A DNA stretch of 64,000 nucleotides from Hydrolagus affinis (Eukaryota), in assembly GCA_012026655.1 (NCBI GenBank), contig JAAILG010000350.1, positions 1 through 64,000 on the forward strand. The letters are read 5' to 3'. The position numbers and the translations under genes are program-made. Positions 38,441 to 52,164 of this stretch are shown piece by piece. Every line of letters starts with the position of its first letter. Within the stretch, counting starts at the first letter, position 1. A model generated the notes under the pieces. That model was not told where the DNA came from. It worked only from the letters and a program-made list of their open reading frames with translations, and searched no databases.

Positions 38441-38812
38441 CAGTGGAAGCCCGTTTATCCGTGACCCAATGAACCGGATTGCTCAACAATTCCCCATTCC
38501 AACAATCGCGATGCTCAATTTGCTCATGCGTGCAATGCGTGCGCATGTGCACTTATTAAACTTATGAACTTGGAGGTTTTTGCAGATCGGTAAACAATAC
38601 TTTTTTACCGATTTTTTACCAAGTGTGCTGAAATCTTCATTGGGAAGTAGCTATACAATATTCTGTTACTATTTAGTATGTTATTAATATAGTATGTTTT
38701 AAAATAAGTACATTTTTTGTGTTAGGTTTTCGGCAACTTGCCACCCAATTATCCGGCACCGTCAATTAGTCGACCCCCACCCCCCAGCGTGCCGGATAAA
38801 CGGCTTCTACTG
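38441..38812. mobile_element. Tc1/mariner (Tigger/pogo-like) MITE
   Basis: TA|CAGTGGAAGCCCGTTTATCCG ... CGGATAAACGGCTTCTACTG|TA, with TIRs and TA duplication. Confidence 0.88.
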
Positions 38813-41800
38813 TATTTGACAAAGTCATCATGTCAAAGAAACATCTCAAAGTGCTGCTCCACACTATTTGGGAAGACTGGGAACAGTAGGACGTCCTCTC
38901 GATGCGAAAGGCACTCTATAAATGTAATTTTGTTGTTGTTGTTGCATTTTCTGGAAAGTGTAGTAACAGTGTATTTGTCGGTGAACGCAGCAGACAATTT
39001 GCACAAAGCAACATCCCACAAACAGCCGTGAAGTGAATGACTAATTTTATTTGGTGGATCTTTTCAAATCATTCCATGTGATCTTTACCGTCCACCTGAA
39101 CAGGCAGACGAGACCTCCATGTACCGTCTCATCCGAAGAATGACAATGTATTCACCCACACTTTATCGCATTGGAACCTAAACTCTGAATTCATAGTCTC
39201 GACAAGGGGCTGAAACCAATAACGTACTGATTCAGAGACTAGATTGCTACCAACTGAGCCAGGCTGGTGCAGATGAATATTATGATAACAATGTGATAAA
39301 ATCATAAGAACAATATAATTATGTCAAATACTTTTACTTCAGATGCAGATTTACTCATGTTGTTAAAAGGAGACTTCTAAAAAGTCTCGGGTACAGCAAA
39401 AGCAATTAACCCTTCGGAGATTATCATAGCATCTTGACAGCACGATAAAATACTGAGCACTGAGTTCAAGCGTTCCTATTTGTTCGCCTACTTTCTGATA
39501 TTTAACACTCGACACACAGAGGGAATAGTTGTGAATGTGCTGAAATATCACAAACTGTAGGTGGCACTCAGAAAACAAAAGGTCAATCAAATAATCCACT
39601 GCACATCTCGATCAGCCTACGTAACATGCGTCCGACACCTCTCCTTGTCGGTGGCAGGAGGATATACGTCCAGACAGAGATGGTGAGCTGTTACATTGGC
39701 GTTCTCCATGAGAAAACCTGGGGCACTAAACAAGAAGTCAGCACATTCCATCTAACACAGGAATCTATCATTCCTCATCGCTTTCCAGAACCCACCCCAC
39801 CCCCCTATCCTCTGAATAATTTGTGGAGGGTACATCAATATAGATCTCTGTAGTTTGGCTCCCTTTCCTCTGGAGATGGGAGAATGAATTCCAGTGCCTG
39901 TCCAGCAAGCAGCCGCTGACTGACCTCAGGGATCTGGACATCAGGATGAATGGGTAACCGCCAGACCATTACTGCAAGTCGTCAGACAGGTCACACAGCA
40001 TTGCAAAGACCAGGCAGGCACTTCAACATATTCTAATAACCCTTTAATCCCCCTGGTCTGGTTTAGTGGCTGCAGTCCAAAGAAAAAATGAGAGATGAAA
40101 TAAAATAACAAACTCCTAAGCACAGCAGTACCTTGAAGCAAAAGAGGCACGTGAATTGTCTGATCGGCCAATATTTCAAACGGTATTTAATGAAATATTT
40201 TTTAAAAAGCTTACCAGTCAGCTCAAATGCAATGAGATAATTTGGTGTTACATATGCGACAGTGCCCAAAGGAGACAGGAACTTCAAAGGTTCAGTGTCT
40301 TTAGAAGACAGTGACACTCGAAACATACCTCATCATTTGCCAAGTTGTTTTGTTCTTAAGGACTATTGCAGAAATACTGCGCAGCCAGAATTTTATTGGC
40401 AGATAAACGTAAGGAATTTGCTGTGCCATTAAAGTCACAATTCCCTCTTCATTCCACTTTTCAAAAAGCTTCAAGCGAAAGAGCGGTACTTCAAGCGGTA
40501 CTGCTTGTGAAATGCTAACACTTGTTTCCCTTTTCATAGGTTTCATGCTGGCTTACATGGACATTTGGAAATGGATATGGTGTATAAACAAATCAATCTA
40601 GAGTGGTCACCAGTCTGTAGACTACTCAATAAATCCCACTTCCCATTAATCTGATTAGTTGCATTACACTACGGCGTTGTGGGACATTGCTGTGCACAAA
40701 TTGGCTGCTGGATTGGCCTACAAATACACACTCACTATACTTCAGAGATAAAATTCCATCTCGAGATCTTTGAGATATTCCAATGACATGCTAAGGTACT
40801 GCACCAAATGTAATTTTCAAAAATTGGTAGGCGATAAATGCAGCGGGTTCCAACAAGATTTCTTCGCAGAGAATCCCAGTGGAAACTCCTTCCAACATCC
40901 GGAAGAACTTCATGTTGGAAATCTGCTCTACAAGTAGCCTGCATTCCGTCAACCTTGAACTGTATATAGTTCCACTTTCCTTATTAAACAATCCCATTAG
41001 AAATCTACATTTCAGATGCCGATACATTTATCTTTTTTAGGATAAAAACTGCCTTTGAACAAAATTGCCCTTGAGTACCTTTTCTCTTTCCAGAATAGAG
41101 AGAGAGCACAATTTTAATCTCCGCTTATGCGCATATAAAATAGGGTCGATTCTTCCCTCCCCCTCTTAATAGTTGTCAAAGAACCAACATTCAACTAAAA
41201 ATGGCCGGCACTTTAAATAAAGTTTATCCTAATCACATATTATCTTAAGAGAATGTTGCTGCAGCAAAAATATTACAGTAATCTAAACCTGATGTTACGG
41301 AGCCCTAAAGGGCCATTTTCACATGAATAATTATTATGAAAAGAGCAGTAGGTTTTTTTTCCCAAATGCTTTCATTACATTACTGATTTGCATAAATGTA
41401 ACATTCCCTTCAACATTGCATTAGAAGGCACGATTGCAAAAGTATTATAGTATATAGTGGAAGACACGGCAGTGGAAGGCAAAGTGCGTGCACGGAAATT
41501 ACGAAATAAATACTATATGGCAAGTGTGACAGTTGTGGTTAAAACTATATTAAAATACATTTAACCAGGTTAAAATGCAGCCTATGTGGTCTTCTATGTT
41601 TTTTTTATCCCGAAGATGTTTCTAAAAATTATAAGTATTTTTTAAATCAGAGAAGAGCTCGCTGGAGAGAATACTGAAATGTGAGAGAAACCCTTCACTG
41701 AGATTTCACGCATAATACATGATGCACTTCATGCATTTTTAAAGAGACAGTGTCCCTTTTTGTTGGCCTACCTAGGCTCCAAAGTACAAAAAAATCAAAG

Positions 41801-43079
41801 CTGCGTATCTTGCATTTTCAGAATGTTTCATTTGTGTCAGAAATTGCCTTTTAAAGAAAAATCCTGTGCAAATACAGAAGAGATTGCCGTTGAACAAATC
41901 TGATTGGAATTAAATTGATTGAAACCTGGAACTTTTTTTGTGTGTGGTAGGGGGGAAGGAGGATGGTAAGTAGCCATCCACAATTCTTCCACAAGAGGGA
42001 AAAGGTAACTCTTTGGACTCAGCGCCCAAAATATGCCTTAAAAAGAGATCAAAACTTGCTTTCTAGTCACACTGCAGGAAAATTACTGAATTCTGAACCG
42101 CTGCTACTGCCTACCCCACCGTCAAACTACCCTCATAATAATAATAATCCTTGAATTTGATATAGTGCCTCATCACGTTGTTGAGATGTCTCCAATCACT
42201 GTACAGAATATACTGTAAAGTGAATCTTGGCAAATGCTGACCATTTTAGATGACCCTAACACACAAAAATCAAATCGAATGCAATGCAGATTTAACCATC
42301 CAAGTACACAATTCCCTTCACAAAGTTGTTTCATGGGGCAAAATTACCTGCAATGTTTAACCTGCATTGATGTGATGATTATGAAATGTCTCAAAATTTT
42401 GCACCACATTCATTATGTGAGTTAATGTGCTATCCTGCAGCATTGGCACTTCGTGACTTGGGGGCAGACGGCCGCCTGTTTCTGACCAAGTACCATGGCA
42501 TGAGTGTTCCTTTGCATTGGAACACTGAGAGTTTGATGGCAGATAACTCTATTCAATAGTAAACATTACCTTGGATTTCTTGTTTTCAACGATAATGTCT
42601 CAATCGTATAGACTGTTGTATTTCTTCTCTTTCACAATACAGTACAATAATATAGCACCTTTCACATTGATAGGACCTCTCAAAGTGCTTCACAGAGCAG
42701 AATGGGCACCCAAGATGGGGGTCAGAAACAAGGGTTATGGGGAGTGGAAAGATAATCGATAGTGTGGTCAAAGATCAAGAAACTTAATGAGCTCTTTGAT
42801 TTGCCAGAAAAATCAAAACAAAACAAACTCGAAAGCACAAAACTCCACCAACATCCACAACAAAATACAACAACAAAATTACACTTGTATAGAGCCTTTC
42901 ATATCAGGAGGACATCCCAAGGTGCTGAAAGACTCGAAGACTCAAGGCACCACAAGTTTTTTAAAATATAAATTTTGTGGCACCCCCAACTATTTTACGC
43001 ATGCATAGTGCGGGCTGCGGGCCACAAATTGGCCATCCATGCACCAGGCCTTACAGGATGCCCCTTACTTTTAGTGTTT

Positions 43080-43702
43080 ATCAGCAGCACTCACAGAATG
43101 TTGTTAACCTGTGTTGATAGTGTTACAATTTTTGGGTCACAATTTTTGCTTTCCCAAATCCTTCCCTCCCAATTATCTGCAGATAATCCAGAACTCTGTG
43201 GCCTGTGTCCTCTACCACTCCAAGCTGCGTAACCCCATCTCCCCCATCCCCCATCCTCGCCTGACTGCATAGGCTCCCCATCACCCAAAGGATCCAATTC
43301 AAGATCCTGGTCCTCAGATTCAAAGCTCTCCACAGCCTCACCCCACCCTACATCTGAGACCTCTTAACCCCTACCAACCTGCCTGCCCCCTCCGCTCAGC
43401 AGGCTCCGGCCTGCTCCACATCCCCCAACCCACCCGCTCCACCTTTGGTGTGCAAGCCTTCAGCCACTCTGCCCCCAACCTCTGGAACTCCATCCTGCAG
43501 TCCTTCTGTCTTGCCTCTTCCCTGGCCTCCTTCAAGTCCCGCCTCAAGACCCTCCTCTTTGATGGTCCCATCGGTCACCCCAAATCCCCCTCCTTTCCCT
43601 CCACCCTCCCTGGCCCTGACCCCAGCTTGTGTCTGGAACAGTGACTGTCCAGGGCCTTGGGATGTCCTCCCTATGTGAAAGGTTGTTGTTGTTGTTGTTC
43701 TC
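43080..43702 (+). mobile_element. L2 3' fragment
   Basis: AFSHSAPNLWNS...SFKSRLKTLLF and a (TTG)n tail; reverse match to 2681-3260. Confidence 0.9.
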
Positions 43703-46700
43703 AACCCACATTATAGGTTTGGGGTTTTCTTACTATATGTAAGAGCTCATTCATTAACACTATCAACAGTTAAGTCAGCTCCCCCATCAGAGACAATGGG
43801 AAGTGTATTGACTCCTACCATTGTGGAGAGCGCTATATAAATCAAAGTTGTTGTTGTTGTGTTGTTACTGTAATTCTAAATACTGTATTGCTTCATTTGC
43901 TAAGAAGGCAGAATTCCTTATTAAAGAATCTTCTTAGAATTCTCGTTGACCCAGGGTAACTCTGCTCCAGAAGTAGATTACATCAGATCCCGCAGGTCAA
44001 TTTGACATATTTCCAGTTACCTGACGGAGTCCTCCCTTGGTGCAACTCCTTTTCTTTATAAAGGAATCCCATTAAGAAATACCGAAAATTGGACCCCAAT
44101 GTGTTCAACTTCTTCCTGAATGGTGTTTCATGAATCTCCACAAAAGTCCTGTAAAAATTAATACCTGTAAACAAATAGCTACAAACAATCTGAAGTTTCA
44201 CTTGGAGAAGTTTGTGTCAGAGCGAATTAATACAAAGTTTTTATTTTTGTTAAAAAGTCTACTTACAGCAATAAAAACTGCTTTTTTAACTTCAATGTGA
44301 CAACTGCAGGCGCTTGACTAGAATTAGTTAATACACAGCTCCAGGCTACCAGAAACCTTCATGAGTATTTGTTTCAACCCCCTCCCACGCCAAGCTGATT
44401 CACATACAAGGTCACCACTCTGTTTAATGTCTTTTAAGAAGGAACACTAAGCGACAACAAATGGACGAACTTGGACTTGCTCATGTTCATTAGGAAACAG
44501 GGTTTGCCATACTAAAACATTGCATGTGTGTCTGTCTGCGTGTGTGTGAGTTGGCAGGCAAAGCCGTTTTTTTTCTTTGCTTGAGGATATGGAATTGCAC
44601 ACTAAAAGGAAAAGAAAGGGTGTTTCAATATTTCATGATTCACCATTCAGAAATACCAACCATTAACAGGCAGATCTCAAATACTTTTTTCAGAAGTTGT
44701 CTAGTAACACAAGACACACATAGCAAAAAACTTCAGTGCAATTCAAGCTGCAATACCTATCCCCCACTCCCCTGTTTAAGACCTAAAGTTTGGAGTTGAG
44801 CAAATTTTGCGACCCACAAATTGCCTTGGTAACAGAATGGATTTGGCTGGCATTCTTATTTCTGTTGCTGGGATCAACAGTCTTGATCGCACGGTTTGCT
44901 TACAAATGACACAGATCTTCACAATGCTGGATCATGCCACCCCGAGAGCCAGGAATCAGTCGTGTGGAACAGGTCAGACTGATTGTGGAGAGAAAGCATG
45001 TATTAAATGATCTTGAACTCACCACAAAGATTCTGAGATCTACTAGAGAGAATGTTGTTTGCTGATCAGATTGCGGATATGAGGGGAAAGGAAATAAAAG
45101 ATTGAATTGTTAATTGTAAAGCTTGAAAAACTAAGGCATGTCATGTTGAAACATTATATCCTGGCCATCACTGGAGGCTCACGTCAGCAGCTTTACGTAA
45201 CAGGAATGAAATGGTAGCACATTACCAGGCACTCGGGCCAGAAATTCACTTCATTCAGGTTAGTATTTAACTATTCTCCAAGGTACAATACAAATCCTCC
45301 AAAGGAAAGTGAAACTGAAAAGTCTGGTGTTAACATGAGCACAAAACACAACAGAAAAACTCAAAGCACCGAAGAAAGTAAACAGGGATGTGAAAAGCAA
45401 CACTTTTGGAATGATGTAAATCAGGGTGGCCCAGGTAGTAAATAAATAAAAATATCCACACTGCCAGTTACTGATATAGAAATCTACAGTGAATCCAAAC
45501 ATGAGTTGGTCTATGGTTTTAGAAGTGTATTAACAGTTGCCAATAATCGTTTGGTCGGTTTAGAAAATGTTATGCTCGGCTCCTCCGAATGGCTCAGCTA
45601 GTCCTTGGGGAGGAGGTAAATGGGGTCACCTTGGAGTTCAACTGGCTCCAAGGTGACAAGCTTGGCAACGGAATGTCGGAATCAAGCAGATCCTCTGTGG
45701 TAATCTCTGTAGCCCAGTTCCTATACCAGGCAGGTCTGCAGTATTCCAGGGCTCTGCTGATGACAGCCAGCCTGGCTCATCGGTAGACTTTGGAAGGGCA
45801 GATTTTTTTTTTTTTTCACATTTCAGTGAGAGCTGAGCTATACAAATTGGGAAACTTCCAGTTGAAAACATGGTTCATAGATCTGGGAATTTCATGTCCA
45901 TATGATCAGTGTGTTTTTAAAAATTGTAAGATCGGTGTAAAATTGTGAAAAGTTGTTAAATTCATGCTTGATTTTGAAGCCGTTCTTAAATAAAGAGCTT
46001 TGAAATAACCACTGAATTGAAGGATTTCTCACTACAGTATTATGTGTGATGTTAAATTATAAAATGGTTTTAAGACTGAGTGAAATTTCAGGCCTCATAA
46101 TGAGTAACAGACCTACATTGGGTCATGGCGTAAGAACACCGCAGTTGATTTCACCCCATCCAATCCACCTCATGAAAGATTTTGCATTTGATCAATGTTC
46201 CCTGAATCCTTGTGGTCAAAGTGAGTAAAGCCTCCTGAATATTCAGCCAACCCCTACATCTGCACTATTGAACCCTGGCTTCTTTCCTTCCACACACATT
46301 ATTTTACATGTTGGCTTCATGTACAGGGGAGTGGGGGGCTTTCCTGCAGAAAATGCACGTTCCATCACGCTGTACATTTCCTGGGGAAGGCATCAGTGAT
46401 GTTAACACTTATCTCAATCCTTAAGAATCTCAGTCTCTGCAGCTGAGAATTTGAGGAGAGTTTCACTAATATTGGTATCAGCAATCTGAGCTGTGGGACA
46501 CTCTGGACAATCTGCTCCACTGTGCCCCAGCCAAAATGTCAATGCCGTCCCTGAACCCATCAGCTCTCCACTCCCGCCCTCCCACCCAAGAAGTTTGATT
46601 GCTTCAGCTTTAACTTAAGAGAAATTAATTTACATTGAACATGACACTCCCTGCATCACCGCTGTCTCAATTTTTCCATTCAAATTTTTTGAGAGAAAAT

Positions 46701-47639
46701 ATTTTCTTCTTTGAGAAATGTGCTGATGTAGCAGCTGCCTAGTTTACCTATAACTAGAGAGGCCCATGCCTACTTACCTATGTCTGCAAAACACAGGTGG
46801 CAGATTGGGAACAGTCAAAGCATTATGGATGTGTAAGTTCTCAATGGGATACTAGTGGACTTATACCAGATATAACTGTACACCTCAACAACATGTCTGC
46901 ACAAGGAAACTTCCTGCTGCCTGCCCAAAATGGATCAGCCTGTCTATTAGGGTGATAGTTTGCAAGGTTATCAGGAGCCAAGTGTGAATCTAGTCTCCAT
47001 TGATGTGTCTTCCTCTCCAAGTTTGGAGCGGGCTATCTAATCAACAGTGCCACAAACTAACATGGCCCTGCAATTAAGATGGTTTTGCTCATTACTTTGA
47101 CATGATGATAAAGCACATGGGAACACTTCCATTTAGAATCTTATATAACTGTATAAAATTCCCCCTTTGAGATGTTACCTTTCATTGCTGAATTGATATC
47201 ACTGTTCCTCACAGCTCATTCGTCTAACTCTGGCAATCAGCCTTATTGCTTTCCTGTGCACTGCCTCCAGGGCTAGACAGACGTTCTATGTCAGAGTGAC
47301 CAGAAATGTACTCCATGTGCAACCTAACCAGAACACTGTACACCTTGATCATGACATCTTGGGATTTAGACTCGACTGATACAGTAATATCATCCAACAT
47401 CCTGTTTGCCTTGCTTATTGCTTAGTCACACTGTTTAGACATGATGAGCAATATTCAGCTAACTTTCCTAGATCTCTTTCAATTCCCTTTGTGAAAAACC
47501 ATTGCATCCATGCAGTGAATGACCAATTTTATCTGTGAGAGTCCAGGTAAGAGTCCAGGTAACAGCCTGGTTCAGCAATCATTACTTGTCGCCTCCCAAC
47601 ATGAAAGGAGCTATACCAATGTCATTTTGTTGTTGTTTT

Positions 47640-48035
47640 TACTCTGAATCATAAGATTCAAGACCCACATTGGAATTGTCAACTCCTAGTCTAAGCTGAA
47701 GCTCCAAATCTGAGGGAGTTGTTGCATTGTTGGAAACGTCTTCTTTTGGATGGAATATTAAACCAGGGTCCGTCTGCATGTTCAGCTGTACTTTAAAGAT
47801 CCCACGACAATATGTGAAAGCAAAGGGAGATTCTCCAGGTTTCTTGGCCAACAGTCACTCAGACAAAAATTGATCATTAACTGCATGGCTATTGGCAGAA
47901 CATTGCTGTGTACAAATTAGCTGCCACTTTCACCTACAAAATACACAGTCGTTACACTTCATAGTGAATACTGTGAAGCTCTATCAGGCATTTCACAACG
48001 TATGAGTTGCTCTATCAAATGCAAGATTATTACTG
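47640..48035 (+). mobile_element. Older Deu-type SINE
   Basis: Body, central block CATTGCTGTGTACAAATTAGCTGCC, and tail. Confidence 0.65.
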
Positions 48036-49224
48036 TATAGAAATGTAGGTCATAGTAGGGGCCATCAGCCCATTTTTTAAACATTGATGAAGCCTCCCAT
48101 CCTAGTTTGAATTCCCCGCTGTTTTCCCACACCCTATAATACCATTCCCTCTGCACGTTTGTCTAATTCCCTTTCAAATGTTCTAGTCGACTGCTTTAAA
48201 GGCACGTGTCTCTGATTTTTACTTCCTATACAGTGAATGCTGAAGCAATGTTTCTGCTCTGTAATCTGAACTGGGCTGTCGACTCTGTACTAACATTAGA
48301 GATTTATAGGCAATCCAGCAGATAGCCTGGGCTCTTTCTAAACTCAGGTTTTGAAATTTACAAAGTTGGCTTTGTGCCATTTGTGGTTGGTTATGCAGTT
48401 GACGCAAAGCTGAAGCACTGAGAGACCGCCTCCTCACCTAATTCCAAATGGACTCACTCAACATTGCATTTAACCGGGGGGACATTTGCCACATTTCACG
48501 ACAGATTCATCGTTATACCATCTAATTTGTTAGGAAATGTGACAAATCTACCCCCCATTCTACACATATTACAGGCCAACACTTTAATATCATGAACACT
48601 TTCATTTCAGAATGCAAGATACATCAACAATATCCACAGCATCATCTGTCTACCTCTCTAACACACGCCGGCAAAATCTTTTGAAGTTCAACGAGTTACA
48701 CTGCTATCGCTTGAATTGAAATCCAGTTCATGGTCATGTTCATTGGAATATGGGGACTGGTTTTAGGCCTAACTATGGGCCAAGCCAAGAGACCTCAACA
48801 GCAACTGGCATGGCACATGAGCTGTTGTTTTAGAGTGCTTCTCAGCAATGTTGGGCCTGTGTTCAAGCTCAGGGAATGGCTGTGTGTGTGAATGTGTGTA
48901 GATGTGTGTGCGTGTGTGTGGGTCTGGCTTCTGATGCTGTTTCATCCCCTTCAGTGCAATGCTGTCTTATGTTTTTTGGCACTTTCGCACTAGTTTTTCC
49001 TTCATTCGAGGCAACTATGTAGGGGAAACTATTAAATAGTGAGGTGCACACAGGTGAAAGGGTTGGGGGTGGGCGGGGGGCAAGAGTCACCCAGAGTTAC
49101 CAGACGAGTCACTCTGGCTGGAAGGTGGTCCTGTGAGAAGTTTAAGTGAGGTCGGGGTTTGACTCCCGTCATCAGTGTTTTGTCTCAATGTTGTGTATAG
49201 CATGAAATGCGTCAAATTAAATCA

Positions 49225-49450
49225 TTACACGCCTAATAATAATCCCTCAAAAAACCCAATAATAAATTGGTCATTTCAATCCATGATTGTTTGTGGGACA
49301 CTGTTGTGTTCAATTGGCTGCTGCATTTTGCCCATATATATATATTGTACAATCAAATCACTTTACAGTATATTTCATGAAGCATTTTGAGATGTCTAGA
49401 AGACGTGAAAAGCACTATATCAAATGCAATTATTATTATTATTATTAATA
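49225..49450 (+). mobile_element. 5'-truncated SINE
   Basis: Middle and tail of the family consensus. Confidence 0.85.
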
Positions 49451-49603
49451 TTTTTACAGTGGAGAGCAGCAGAGGAGGTTTCACCTACAGCCACCCATCG
49501 ACTAAAACGTAGAATAGTGTTGGAATTTTCCATGGGTGATAATTAGTATTGCACATGTTGCATTTCCCCCAGTTATATGAAGGATCTGAGTTACTATTTA
49601 GGT

Positions 49604-49899
49604 CAGCGGTTCCTAACCTCAGGTCCCGACCCAAATCAGGGTTGCGGTGGTCCTCAGTAGGGTCGTGAAGAGTCATCAGAAAAAAAAACTCCTTTTTAAA
49701 TGATGAAAAGTGCCCGAGGCGACACCGCCGCCCAATTTGTATGAAAGACCATACTAGCGAGTTGCGCTGAGTCCACAAAAGAGAATGAGATATCGTCTTA
49801 GCTGAGTTTCACTCCAGTTGGGCAGTTGCCCCCTACGGGTTGGGAGATCCTGTTGGTGGCCAATTTAGCGTCGCAGCAAAAAAAGGTTGGGAACCACTG
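49604..49899. mobile_element. hAT (Charlie-like) MITE
   Basis: TIRs CAGCGGTTCCTAACCT / AGGTTGGGAACCACTG with a perfect 8-bp TSD ATTTAGGT at 49596-49603 and 49900-49907. Confidence 0.93.
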
Positions 49900-50826
49900 A
49901 TTTAGGTGGATAATAAAAGATTCTGTGGTTCTATTTTAAAGGGCAGTGTTATTCCAGTATCTTGTCTTTAGTTGGATGTTATTAAAACAGTTAAACTGCT
50001 GAGTCAGCCTGTATAACAACAGTCACCATACTACAAAGTAACTCATCAGATTGGAGTGTTTTGAGGTGTTTCAACATTAAAAGTTGCTTACATTAATATA
50101 AATATTCTTATTCAGTATTCCCTCAGTCTCGTAGTCTGATTAGGTAACTATGAACGGCAAGACGTGTGTGTATATTGGGCGATTTACCATGCTGAGGATT
50201 GCTTTGGCAAAGCTGTGTCCTCATCTGGTACCATCAGATCCAAATATCCACTCCGAGCTTCTGAGCTGATTATTTCCATTGGATAAAAATCTATTGTCTC
50301 ACATGAGGCAACATGTTATATGTTGGGGAAAGGGAGAACTTAGAAAGTGGTGTATGATGTGATAATTAGCATTGCAAATAATATCACATCACATAAGCAC
50401 ATTTTTTCCCCCCATAGAGTTACACATGAAAAATAAAGGATTTAAAGTGAACTAACAGTTACGAAAAATGAATCCAATGTCCTAGTGGGAACGGCATTGC
50501 TTGGTGAGCACTTAGCTTTACTGACTAGGCACAGTACTTCATCTGTGTCAAGTCAGATGATCTCATAGAGATTGACAGCAGGTGTGTGAAAACTAGCCAC
50601 AGTGTGTGTCACTGCTATTCTTTCAACAATAAGGGAATAAAGGGGCATGAAAAAGGGGATTACAATGGGTGGAGGTCCACGTGGAAATAAGATATGTTTA
50701 GCCTGTTTCCGTGCTAAAACAGTCTATGTAATTCAGTATAATGTAATGTTCAGTTGATCCTCTTTCAATGAACATAATGTAGTTACTGCACTGGAGAAAT
50801 TAGCGGGAAGACATTGAAAATGAATT

Positions 50827-50925
50827 AAAAAACAGAAGTCGTTGGGAACACTCAGCAGGTCAGGCAGCATCTATGGAGAAAGGAAAAGTGAGTCGATGTT
50901 TCGGGTCCATGACTCATTTATCAGA
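50827..50925 (-). mobile_element. ~100-bp Penelope-like terminal-repeat element
   Basis: Reverse copy of 13930-14033. Perfect 14-bp direct repeat ATTGAAAATGAATT at 50813-50826 and 50926-50939. Confidence 0.8.
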
Positions 50926-51639
50926 ATTGAAAATGAATTGTTTTCCAATTTATGGTTTGCATAACGAATAAACAAATGTCTATCGAGACCTACAAACACA
51001 AAATGGACTTCCTTTAATTCAATAGGTATAAAGGTGTTGCTGCTTATTTTCTTTTCTTAAAATGCCTCCAGCCACCCTCACACAAGGAATGTGTAAGGGG
51101 AAAGGACTGAGTCATACATAAGTGTTTTCACAAGTGTTTTGTATGGTCCCATCTGATCTCTTGGCAGGACACCCCCTGAAGCCTGAGAAGATGGGTAATT
51201 TCTCCTCTCTGGAGTGGAGACACCTTGCTTTCAACTCAGCTCTTCTCACATACCAGAGGCCAAGCAGGGAACTGATAAAAGCAAGGCAGGCAAAGTCGAA
51301 CGGTAGGGGCTCAAGCTCTTTGGTCAGTGTTAAGCAACCCAGGACCCGCTCAATTAAGTACACTGAAAACAGGTTCGTATGAAGTCTCACACGTTGGCTT
51401 TTTACAAAATACAAATTTAATGAACAGCAAAGAGAAACCCAGACGCTGTGTCCCAAGTGAAATCTGATACATCTTTTGCAATTAAATATTTACTTCAAGT
51501 TAGTTTTTAGGCTTAGCGAGCTTTATAAAGGTGTAAGAACATTAAAAAAAAGTGTAGAAAGAGAAAATAAGAATCAACTCTAGCTCTGTTATCCCACAGA
51601 TCAACACACAGACTCTATTCCATCCAATTATTCTCCAAA

Positions 51640-51961
51640 GAGTCCTGTAGCTCAGTGGTTAGAGCACTCGCCTTACAAACATGAGACCTATGTTTTAAAT
51701 CCAGGCAGGTCAGGACGAAGCCTTGGGCAAGTTTCCTTACTCCACATGCCTAATAATAATCCCGCCAAAAGAAACCTATAATAAAATTGGTCATTTCAAT
51801 CCACGACTGTTTGTGTGACATTGCTGTGTGCAATTGGCTGCAACATTTTTGCTCACAAATACACAGTCAATTCACTTTACAGTATATTCTTTGAAGCGCT
51901 TTGAGATGTCTAGAAGAAGTGAAAAGCGCTATATCAAAATGCAAGGATTATTATTATTATT
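51640..51961 (+). mobile_element. tRNA-derived SINE
   Basis: Full-length copy. Confidence 0.92.
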
Positions 51962-52164
51962 AAAGAGTAAGTTCCATACAATTACACGATGATCTGTTAA
52001 CATTATCAGGCTGAGCTGCAGAATATCCATGCATTCCCCCACAACTCCATCATCTTACAATCTAGAAACTGCCATGAATTCCTTCTCAAATGAGCAGCAG
52101 GCATTGGCTTCAAGCTATAGATTGGTTCACAGAAAAGTGTTTTGAACATTCAAATAAAAAATGT

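Noticed and set aside
40063-40326. ORF with ...YWP...FKVLLCLGV, faintly like human BNC2 exon 2 (DWPAYFKVPCCGV)
   Set aside because: The similarity is too short, the spacing differs and no matching splice sites frame it.
44021-44164. 144-nt open segment between TTTACAG| and |GTAACT on the minus strand
   Set aside because: It overlaps a dispersed repeat motif also seen near 35080 and 40990, and the peptide has no recognisable homology.
49150-49176. CTGATGA followed by a stem on the minus strand, a possible hammerhead
   Set aside because: No GAAA follows the stem.
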